Assembly (NCBI GenBank): GCA_038116375.1
Contig: JAYNUQ010000001.1
Location: forward strand, 13,454 to 77,453
Reading direction: 5' to 3'
Source of the DNA: Candidatus Poseidoniales archaeon
GTDB lineage: Archaea > Thermoplasmatota > Poseidoniia > Poseidoniales > Poseidoniaceae
Length of the DNA: 64,000 nt
The notes beneath the pieces were generated by a model that was given only the letters and a program-made list of their open reading frames with translations, was not told the origin of the DNA and did not search any database. Made by a program: the position numbers and the translations under genes. Below are positions 38,036 to 46,448 of the stretch, piece by piece (the stretch's first letter is position 1; each line of letters starts with the position of its first letter).

Positions 38036-40561
38036 TCAGCGACTCATCACGGCCCGGTGAACCATCGCCTGAACCTCTCGCATTCTGGTCTTGGCACCAA
38101 GTTCTCTGAACACGGTGAGGGCACGCTGCAGATATTCCATACGTCCTTGTCGGTCGGGGGTCACCCCACCAAGGCGGGTGAGCAATTCACCGATCTGCAT
38201 GCGCAAGTCATTGGCTTCTGCGAGCACCAGCGCCTGACGGTAGTGCTCAACCGCTTCTTCAGTCCGACCTGCGTCGTGAAGAACTTCACCAAGAAGGATG
38301 GTGATCTCCACCAAGGATTGGACGTCCCCCGCTTCGGTCATGGCTTCCAGTGCCTCACTGTAGTGGAACAACGCCAATTCCGATTGCTCAACTTTGGAAT
38401 AGTACCGTCCAAGCACCGCTTGGGCCCGTGCATGTAGAAGGGAATCGTCCAACGCAGAGGTGCGCTCGTGGGACGCCATGGCGTGCTCGCGAGCACGGTC
38501 GACCTCACCCAGATCAATCAGAGCACGAGCAAGGGTGATTTGGCTGTTGATGAGTTCCTCGTCATCGGAACTTTCCAAAATGGCTTCAACCTCTCCATAG
38601 GCCTCAAGGGCTTTGGAACGCTCGTTTTTCCGTCGCAACAGATAACCGATGTTGTTGTAGGTGCGTGCCGCCCATTTCGCATGTCCAAGGGCAATGTAGT
38701 GCTTGAGCGCCTGCTTGTGTCGGTCGAGCGAGACATCGCTGTCGCCTTGCTTTCGGCTGACGTCGGCCATCGAGGAGAGAATTTCTGCTTGAATCAGTTC
38801 ATCAGCATTCTTCTTGGCCCGTTCCAACGTCGCACTCAAGACCTGTTCGGCTTCATCGAGGCGGCCCAGAAGGGCCAGAATCTCACCTTGGAGCTGCGCC
38901 ATTCGTACCACAACTTCAGGAGCGAGGTCGTCGGTTTGGATTTGTTCAATGAGACCGAGCAATTCCATGTATCCTTGGGAAATCAATTGCCGTCCTTTGG
39001 AGACCACCAGTTCTGAGGCTTTTTGGTACTGCGCAGCCTGAATGGAATGGTAAACCAGTTCAATCAGCATGTCATGAGACGGAGATTGCTTTTCGTACCA
39101 CTCAACACACTTGGCGTGGAACTCCTGTCGAAGCGCAGGCGAGAGACTTCGAAGGAGGAATTCACGAATCAAGTCGTGAACGTCGTAGGTTTCTGAATCG
39201 GCCTGTCGTGCGAGGCCGGATTCAACCAAACTGTCCAGTTCATCCGTGTTGAGTTGCTGTTGGGCCAATGCATCCAATTCAACGGGTTCCCTGAAAATGG
39301 AGAGCGCCGACAGCACTCGCTTTTGCTCGGCACTGAGTTTGGAGAAGATTTCAACCGTGACGTAATTCTCGAGCGTTTCGTGAAAGGCCCCCGCAGAAGC
39401 ACCTCGGTTGATCAGTTCCAGAACAAGGGGGTGGCCTCGAGACAAGCCGTGAATGTGAAGCCACTGTTCGTCTTCAAGTGAATCAAAACTCGTCAGCAGT
39501 TTTCGCCCGGACTCGGGGTCAAGTCCGTCGAGAGGAAGGACCAAGCTGGCGATTCGACCTTCAGCGTCTTTGGTCGGCACGACCGGTTTAAACGAACGGG
39601 AAAAGATGACCAAGCCGATTTTCTCTTCACTGCCCAACAACGCCAAGGACATGGCTTGGAAGGTCTGATGGAGCACCATGTCCGATACTTTGTGAAAGTC
39701 GTCAATGACCAGAAGCGAAGGCGTACCCGCCAAGGCTTCGACCAACAATTTCGCGGCATCAGCGGGTTGAGGAACGGGTGTCGCGGCCAAGTACGTCGAA
39801 AATTCAGAATTACCCATGCTGGACAACCAATCCGCTACCGATTCAAAGAACGAACGTGAGCCTTCCCAGTCTTGGCAGCGATGATACAACAAGTTTCTAC
39901 GATGCATAAACCGTTCAATCAATTTTGACGCAACGGTCGTTTTTCCAATGCCTGCAATTCCAGGCACGAGCAACGTGGTTGCTCGAGCTTCGATGAGGTT
40001 GACCATGTTGTCAAGTTCGGTGGTTCGGCCGTAGAAGTGCCGCAAGCGTGGCAAATCAGCGAGTGAAGTCACGAGTTGTTTCTCGACGTGTTTTGAAAGG
40101 TCCCGTTCAACCAAATCAGCAGAAAGGTTTCGTACGTCGAGAGCGTTGTTTTCGTCGATGTACCTGATGATGTCGACCGGGCGCATTTCAAACGGCAACA
40201 CCGACTTGGCCCCGTTGAGGGTCGTGCTGACGGCGGGTTGGTCATCCAATATGCAACGAACAGGGAACTCGGACAAGCGTTCCCACGTTTCGTTCGCGAG
40301 GGATATTCCTGCGTCGGTGAGGAAGTAGGCCTTCCGTTTTCGGGACACTCCTTTCACGTGGGCTTGACGTTCCACAAGAATGCCTTGATCCTTCAGTCCA
40401 GCGATGGCCCGAGGCACGTTTGACCGAGCGATGGCGACCGCATTGGCGATGCCCATTTGAGAAAGGGCAAAGGGGACCTCGATGCTGTCCTTGTAGTCGG
40501 AGTAGTCCAGCAAGTGGAGCAGGATGCGTTCCTGCACACCGGGTTTTGCCTGAACGGCCAT
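38036..40561 (-). CDS. wHTH-STAND NTPase (NB-ARC/MalT-like)-TPR regulator
   Basis: N-terminal winged HTH (SQMGIANAVAIARSNVPRAI..L...G); FYGR..EL; Walker A GIAGIGKTT; Walker B LLVIDDFH; GHPL; VHDL (MHD-like); about 8 TPR-like repeats. Confidence 0.9.
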   Translation of the reverse strand: MAVQAKPGVQERILLHLLDYSDYKDSIEVPFALSQMGIANAVAIARSNVPRAIAGLKDQGILVERQAHVKGVSRKRKAYFLTDAGISLANETWERLSEFPVRCILDDQPAVSTTLNGAKSVLPFEMRPVDIIRYIDENNALDVRNLSADLVERDLSKHVEKQLVTSLADLPRLRHFYGRTTELDNMVNLIEARATTLLVPGIAGIGKTTVASKLIERFMHRRNLLYHRCQDWEGSRSFFESVADWLSSMGNSEFSTYLAATPVPQPADAAKLLVEALAGTPSLLVIDDFHKVSDMVLHQTFQAMSLALLGSEEKIGLVIFSRSFKPVVPTKDAEGRIASLVLPLDGLDPESGRKLLTSFDSLEDEQWLHIHGLSRGHPLVLELINRGASAGAFHETLENYVTVEIFSKLSAEQKRVLSALSIFREPVELDALAQQQLNTDELDSLVESGLARQADSETYDVHDLIREFLLRSLSPALRQEFHAKCVEWYEKQSPSHDMLIELVYHSIQAAQYQKASELVVSKGRQLISQGYMELLGLIEQIQTDDLAPEVVVRMAQLQGEILALLGRLDEAEQVLSATLERAKKNADELIQAEILSSMADVSRKQGDSDVSLDRHKQALKHYIALGHAKWAARTYNNIGYLLRRKNERSKALEAYGEVEAILESSDDEELINSQITLARALIDLGEVDRAREHAMASHERTSALDDSLLHARAQAVLGRYYSKVEQSELALFHYSEALEAMTEAGDVQSLVEITILLGEVLHDAGRTEEAVEHYRQALVLAEANDLRMQIGELLTRLGGVTPDRQGRMEYLQRALTVFRELGAKTRMREVQAMVHRAVMSR

Positions 40562-40582
40562 GCCTCAACCCTCAGTTCTCAC

Positions 40583-43500
40583 TCACTGTTGTGGTGGTTG
40601 CTGGTAGTTGGGGTCCGGGACCCATTGGTTGGAAGCCTGGTCCCAGAGCCACCCTGGATGCTGGGAGGCTGCAGGAGCAGCCTCTTGTGCAATCGGTGCG
40701 GCTTGAGCAGGTGCAGCCGTCTCTTGCTGCGGGATGGCAGGTGTCTGCTTCGCTTTGGCCCAGGCGTAGGGGTCTTCGTCTGCTCCTGAATCATCTCCGG
40801 TGAGTTCATCCTCATCGGGGAGTTCTTCGAATTCAATGAAGAAGAATGCACCGGCACCCAAAAGCACCAACACGGCCAGAACGATGAGCACAATCGTGAA
40901 CACGCCTGAACTTCCGTCGTCGCCGCTTGATACGACAATGGCGAACTCTGCGTTTTCGGTTTGGCCTGCGAACCTGAAAATTTGACCGTCCATTTCGAAG
41001 ATGACATCGGACTTCCCTTCAATTCCGCTCAATTGACCGGCCGTTAGATCCATGGCCCATGATCCATCGGAGAGCACCCGAGTGGAGTTCAGCTTGGCGT
41101 TCCCTTCTGCAAATCGAGCGATGACAAGACTGCCTGGCAAGCCCTCTCCTTGGAAGGTCGCAGGGTCGTCAACCGTGATGTCTCCGCTGTCGATGCGCTC
41201 CACAGTAAAGGCCACGGAGCGAACAAGGAAGTTCACCTTCAAGGAATAGGCCTTGGACTCTTGGTCATCTTGTGCGTAAACGACGACGCCGTTGAGTGAC
41301 CAGTCAGGAATGATGCTGGTGGTCTGCGCCATGTAGGACATCGGGTCGTAGGTGAGCACACCGAGCGGGGTGATGGTGATGAAGTCGTCATAGAAGTCGT
41401 CCTCCAACGTCTCATCGTCGTCATAAACGTAGAACTCCAAGTCGTTGCCGGGTGAGCCGGTACCGTCTGGGTCCGAGAAGAACTCGGCGAGGTCAAACGA
41501 AACTCCACCTCCACAGCGGTCAAAGGAGTTGGAATTTTCATCACAGAATATGGTCCATGTTCCGACCCAACCCGTTTCGTTGAATACGGGGTCAATGTTC
41601 TCGGCGTCCAGCGGATTGTTGATGGTCATGCGCCATACCGCCCACTCCGAATAATCATCTCCGTCGTAGGCACGAACGGCAACGGAGTACACGCTGTCGT
41701 GAACAAGGTCCGAGGTGTCCCATGTGGCCACCCATGAACCGTCGACGGCAAAGTTCGTAACGGGCAACGGGCCGTCGTTGAGCACGATACCGTTGGCGAG
41801 GTCGGTGATTTCAATCTCCACACGAGTGACGAAGCCACCGATGTCTCGAGCAACACCGATGATTTTCGTCTCCTCGGATGCTCGGACCGTATCACCGTCA
41901 ATACCACCCGAGGATTGGTCTTCTGCACCGATCCAAGAGAGTTGGAGGTTGGGCGGGACGTTGTCGTTGTTGATGGTGATGGTTCGGGTTTCAACCACAC
42001 ACTCATCCTGATTATCGATGCAGAAATCGCTGTCGGCAGCCCAGACGGTGACGGTGTATTCTCCCGAAGGAAGTTCAGCCACGTTCCATTCGTACGACCA
42101 CGAGGTTGAACCCTGCTGGAAGAACTGTTGCGTGGTTCCTGGACCTTCGATGTTGAACCAAATTTGTTTGATATCGCTGCCATAGGTCCCCTGGTAAGGG
42201 TCGGAAGCCGTTCCTTGGAAGAGCACCTTGCCGTTTTGGTGGACGCTGCCTTCGGTGGGAATGTCGACCAAGATGGTGGGGGCAACGAGGTTGAGTTTGT
42301 ACTGGCGCACTTCAACCGGCGAGTAGTCCAGACCGTCGTACGAACGGATGCGGAAGGTGATGTCGCCCTCACCCTCGGGGTGGGCTGCACCGTCCCATTC
42401 GTAGACCCAATCCTTGAACGGATGGTTCTCCATCGTGATGTCGCCGTTCGAGCCAGAAACATCGGAGGCGTAGAACCAATCCGATGAACCGGGTGGCTGA
42501 ATTTCGACACGCTTGATCAAACCAAACTGAGCCTGTTGGGCCGTGTTGTCGTTGGCATAGGGCCACTTCGCACCGTCCCAGGCCTGTCCGGTAATACGGA
42601 CGGTGGTTGCATAGGAATAGCCGTCGGGCTCGTTGACGCTCACACCGGGGCGGAGGTTTTCGAGGTTGATGATGTCGTCAATTGGTCCCGAAAGCACGTA
42701 TGAGAAGTCATCCCGGCCGCTTCCGAATTTGAAGGCTTCAACGCTGTAGAACGGTCGCTCACGGCCCGTGATGCAGTCGTTGTCGTCGCCGTCAACGAGC
42801 GTGTCCCCGTCGTTGTCAATACCATCGGCACAGGAATCTTCGTCCACCGTAATGGGTTGACCCGTTCCATCATTGGAGCCAGGAATGGCAGCGTTCTTGT
42901 CGCCCACGACATGGTTCCAATTGCGGTCCAGCAAGAAGTCGGACGGGAGCGAGACCTCCTGCGTAAATCCGAACGCATCGGTGGTCAGCTCGTAGAGCGG
43001 AAGGCCAGTGGCGTCTTTGATGACGACCGTTGCACCTTCGACGTTGGAGTTCTTGGCCTTCACCTGATAGCGAACGAGTTCACCTTCACGGACTTGGGAC
43101 CCCCAAGCCGTGTTTTGGTTTTGGACGTGAATCATCGTTGAGTCAAAGTTCTGGAGGTCTGCGTAGGAAAACACGGTGGCGTTTTCGACAAGTTCCAGAG
43201 CCAACGGCATGTTTGCAGGTGGCATCGAAACCGTGCCCGGAAGCTTGAGACATTCGTCCTGCACGAACGGACACTCAGCGCCGAGCCAGCGGATGTTGAC
43301 CGGGTAGAGTTCGTTGTTGCCGGGGGAAGGAATTTGTTCGGATTGAACCGTGACACGGGATTCTGTCACGTTGTACACTTGGGAAACACCGCTCCATGAG
43401 TTGCCTGAGAAATACGCAATTGAGCCGTACTTGTTCCCGTAGTTGTCGTCGTGAACGCTTACGTTCCCTGCAAAGCCTCCGGCTGAATCAGCGGTGTTGC

Positions 43501-44974
43501 CCTGAACGTTGACCAGAGAGCCCTTGGCTCGAATGATATCGCCGGTATTACCGGAGATGGTGTTGTCAACGATGGTTGCTGATGAGCGGAAGACGTGGAC
43601 GGCAGGACAGGCGAAGTCGCCACCGTACATCTGAGAGTTGCACGTTCCAGAATTGTTGGAGATGACGTTGTTGGCCAAATAGAGGCGAGCAGCCGTAGGA
43701 GCGGGGACTTGCCAACCCTGGTCTTGGTAGTGGTATTCACCGATGAGCACGGGTTCCTTGCCGGTGTCTTGGATGGTGTTGTTTTCAGCCACGACGTCAG
43801 AAGTACCGTATATCCACACGCCGTTCCAGCCGCCAATGGGTCCAATGGTGTTCTCGTGGAGTTCAACGATTGAACTTCGGATACCCACGCCTGAACCTTC
43901 TGCAGCGCCGCTGATGGTGTTGCGCTCAGCGTAGACCTTAGCACCGTCGTAGGCGGTCAGGCCAGCACCCTCTGCTGTGGTGATGATGTTGTTGTTCACT
44001 TCAAGCGTATGCTCGATGATTCCTGTGGTCTTCAGCGAGTTGGTGTCAACGGCGTTGCACTTTACCTCGATTTTTGAGTTGGTGAGGGAACCTGAACTTG
44101 ACTTCATCAAAATTCCGTAGCTGTTGTCTTTCACGTCCAAATTGTCCATGTCAATGTACGAGTCCTCGATGTAAATCACGGCACGACCGCCGCCTTGTTG
44201 ACCGCAGTCTGCATCAGCACCGGTGAAGGTGGAATCTTTGACTTCAAAGGTTGAAAGGATGCCTGCGCCAGCGGCGTAGGCACGCACGGCTGCCGCATCG
44301 TATCCTTGGCCGTCAATACCAAGCTCAAACGTGGATTCGGTCAGCAAGGGGGAGGCAAAATCAACGGCGATGACGTTCGAGGTGTTGATGTCGGTGAAGG
44401 AGAGACCTCGGGCCGTGGTGCTCGACCCGTCAAAGACCAAAGCGCCGTATTGCACGGCTTGCAACGATGAAACGTAGATGGGGTAGCCGTAAGCGTTCTC
44501 GAAGTGAGCGTAGTTGATGGAGGTGATGGCTTGGTCGATGGTGTCCCGAATGATCATGCCTGAACCACAAGCAGCATCGGGGTTGTTGAGAACGTTGCTG
44601 TTGTTGTTCAGGCAACGTCCGACCTTGTTGTAATCGGATGGGGTCGACCAGATGAATCGTGCTTGGGAAGAAGCAGAGCCGGGGCTTGCACCGCACGAAG
44701 CATCTCCGATGCAGATGGCGCCCTTGACGTCGATGAATTTGCCGTGCGGAATGTTGACCGTTGTACCCGCATTGACGATGAGTTTCGAACCTTCGGACAC
44801 TTCGATGTCGCCCTGGAGGTTCATCGTGCCGGACCATGTTTCTGTACCCGAAATGGTACCCTGTGTGGTTTCGTTCACGGCCATGGCGCTTGGAACGGAA
44901 ACCATGGCCAACATGAGGGACATCATGTAGAGCATGACCAGCGAGACGGATTTTGTACGGTTTCTTTGAGACAT
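40583..44974 (-). CDS. Large surface protein with a right-handed beta-helix, Ig-like domains and a TM anchor
   Basis: Signal peptide; repeated (I/V)..N.I..N beta-helix motifs; CADGIDNDGDTLVDGDDNDC metal-binding-like motif; Ig repeats (G.A.D...VEI...W...WD...Y.V.VRA.D); TM helix and Trp-rich tail; AGGTGA RBS. Confidence 0.85.
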   Translation of the reverse strand: MSQRNRTKSVSLVMLYMMSLMLAMVSVPSAMAVNETTQGTISGTETWSGTMNLQGDIEVSEGSKLIVNAGTTVNIPHGKFIDVKGAICIGDASCGASPGSASSQARFIWSTPSDYNKVGRCLNNNSNVLNNPDAACGSGMIIRDTIDQAITSINYAHFENAYGYPIYVSSLQAVQYGALVFDGSSTTARGLSFTDINTSNVIAVDFASPLLTESTFELGIDGQGYDAAAVRAYAAGAGILSTFEVKDSTFTGADADCGQQGGGRAVIYIEDSYIDMDNLDVKDNSYGILMKSSSGSLTNSKIEVKCNAVDTNSLKTTGIIEHTLEVNNNIITTAEGAGLTAYDGAKVYAERNTISGAAEGSGVGIRSSIVELHENTIGPIGGWNGVWIYGTSDVVAENNTIQDTGKEPVLIGEYHYQDQGWQVPAPTAARLYLANNVISNNSGTCNSQMYGGDFACPAVHVFRSSATIVDNTISGNTGDIIRAKGSLVNVQGNTADSAGGFAGNVSVHDDNYGNKYGSIAYFSGNSWSGVSQVYNVTESRVTVQSEQIPSPGNNELYPVNIRWLGAECPFVQDECLKLPGTVSMPPANMPLALELVENATVFSYADLQNFDSTMIHVQNQNTAWGSQVREGELVRYQVKAKNSNVEGATVVIKDATGLPLYELTTDAFGFTQEVSLPSDFLLDRNWNHVVGDKNAAIPGSNDGTGQPITVDEDSCADGIDNDGDTLVDGDDNDCITGRERPFYSVEAFKFGSGRDDFSYVLSGPIDDIINLENLRPGVSVNEPDGYSYATTVRITGQAWDGAKWPYANDNTAQQAQFGLIKRVEIQPPGSSDWFYASDVSGSNGDITMENHPFKDWVYEWDGAAHPEGEGDITFRIRSYDGLDYSPVEVRQYKLNLVAPTILVDIPTEGSVHQNGKVLFQGTASDPYQGTYGSDIKQIWFNIEGPGTTQQFFQQGSTSWSYEWNVAELPSGEYTVTVWAADSDFCIDNQDECVVETRTITINNDNVPPNLQLSWIGAEDQSSGGIDGDTVRASEETKIIGVARDIGGFVTRVEIEITDLANGIVLNDGPLPVTNFAVDGSWVATWDTSDLVHDSVYSVAVRAYDGDDYSEWAVWRMTINNPLDAENIDPVFNETGWVGTWTIFCDENSNSFDRCGGGVSFDLAEFFSDPDGTGSPGNDLEFYVYDDDETLEDDFYDDFITITPLGVLTYDPMSYMAQTTSIIPDWSLNGVVVYAQDDQESKAYSLKVNFLVRSVAFTVERIDSGDITVDDPATFQGEGLPGSLVIARFAEGNAKLNSTRVLSDGSWAMDLTAGQLSGIEGKSDVIFEMDGQIFRFAGQTENAEFAIVVSSGDDGSSGVFTIVLIVLAVLVLLGAGAFFFIEFEELPDEDELTGDDSGADEDPYAWAKAKQTPAIPQQETAAPAQAAPIAQEAAPAASQHPGWLWDQASNQWVPDPNYQQPPQQ

Positions 44975-45175
44975 CGGTGATTCACCTACTCTGTCCATGA
45001 ACGCCACGAATATAATACTGCGCCTCATTTGCCAAATTAAGAGTATCAACTACGGCTAAATGTATCACATAAAACCCCGAATAACGTCAATGAAATGCCG
45101 CATTCACGCCGTTTATATGCCGTTATCTGGAGTTTTTCGACAGGCGAAAACCCTGAGGAATTGAAAAAATGGGAT

Positions 45176-46384
45176 TCAACACGCCGAAATGAGTTGTGTT
45201 TCCTGATACCATGCCTCAGCGTTGAGCATCCCGTATCCGCCTCGAGCATCGTGCTCAGACACCCCGTCGATGCGGAGAGAATTCATCAGCGCCTCCTTGA
45301 CTTTCACGAGACAAGATGCGTTTCCACCCGACGTCGGTTTCAGCAGCGGATTGCCTTCGAGAATAAGGGCCAGTGCACCCGTAACGAACACGGTTGCATC
45401 CGAGGTTCCACTGCTGGAGTACCATCGGTTATCGTTCCCCGTGCTGATGATGAACTCCCCAGGTGCGACCACCTCGGGTTTGAGATGGGGCGACTCACGG
45501 GGCTCTCCGTTTCTGTCCAAGGGAGCACCAGAGGACGAATTGGCCCAGAGGGTCTTGCCTTGTGTTGTTGCCCCGACCGAGATCGCCAGCTGAACACTGC
45601 CGGGAGACGCAACATCACCATCATCGTCTGTTCCGTCATTACCTGCTGCTGCGATGACGTAGATGCCAGCATCGGTGGCCTGACGGGTGGCAGAAGAGGA
45701 ACCACCCTCTTGTGAATCTGCGTTCTCGCTGCCTCCGAGGGAAAGCGAGATGATATCCGCTTCGAACTCAAATTGGCACCATCGAATGGCGTCAGCAACG
45801 TTTGAATCCAATCCGGTGTTTTCACCGTCCCCGTTATCGCTCAGTGAGGCCACCATAGCAAACGTCACGCCTGGAGCAGCACCTTCCTGATGGTCGGTTG
45901 AAAGCAGCAACCCTGCCATGAGCGTTCCATGCGCCACCGCACCGTAATCCAGGGGTGCCCGCGAAGAGCCGACCAAATCCTTGAATTCAATTTCGCGACC
46001 ACCGAAGGCCTCGTGGGTTGCATCGATGCCCGTGTCGACCATGCACACACGAACGTCTTGCCCGGTAAGCCCCTCCTGTTGGAGTGTCCGGAGCTCCGAG
46101 TCTTCAAACGCCCATTCTGACTTGGGGACTTGGAATTCAACCACGATCCAATTGTTCTGCCAGAACAGCAGGCTGGCCGAAACGAGGAGGGCGAACACCA
46201 CCATGCCCGAAACGGTGAACGTTCTGCGCTTGGGTCTGACCACAGGCGTGACCTCTTGAGGAGCCCAACCCATGATTTCAGAGCGCCATTCGTTCTGGAA
46301 GCCAATCACGGTGGGATCCACAGCGGAGACGATGCTCCGGTCGGTAGGCTCAGGAAGGTATTCGACGTCACGAAGTCCCTTCAT
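45176..46384 (-). CDS. Membrane-anchored subtilisin-like (S8) serine peptidase
   Basis: Catalytic motifs VDTG, HGT and SGTS; oxyanion AAGN; KPEVVAPG; GYG near the C-terminus; single N-terminal TM helix. Confidence 0.92.
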   Translation of the reverse strand: MKGLRDVEYLPEPTDRSIVSAVDPTVIGFQNEWRSEIMGWAPQEVTPVVRPKRRTFTVSGMVVFALLVSASLLFWQNNWIVVEFQVPKSEWAFEDSELRTLQQEGLTGQDVRVCMVDTGIDATHEAFGGREIEFKDLVGSSRAPLDYGAVAHGTLMAGLLLSTDHQEGAAPGVTFAMVASLSDNGDGENTGLDSNVADAIRWCQFEFEADIISLSLGGSENADSQEGGSSSATRQATDAGIYVIAAAGNDGTDDDGDVASPGSVQLAISVGATTQGKTLWANSSSGAPLDRNGEPRESPHLKPEVVAPGEFIISTGNDNRWYSSSGTSDATVFVTGALALILEGNPLLKPTSGGNASCLVKVKEALMNSLRIDGVSEHDARGGYGMLNAEAWYQETQLISAC

Positions 46385-46448
46385 GGCTTACACTACCTCC
46401 TTCACGCACTCATGAAACCTTGTTTGAAAATCCACTAAAAAGTGAACA

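Noticed and set aside
38036-40561. STAND-TPR as an Avs-type antiviral system
   Set aside because: The N-terminal domain looks like a wHTH rather than a nuclease, TIR or SIR2 effector, and there are no defence-gene neighbours. A regulator is more parsimonious, though defence is not excluded.
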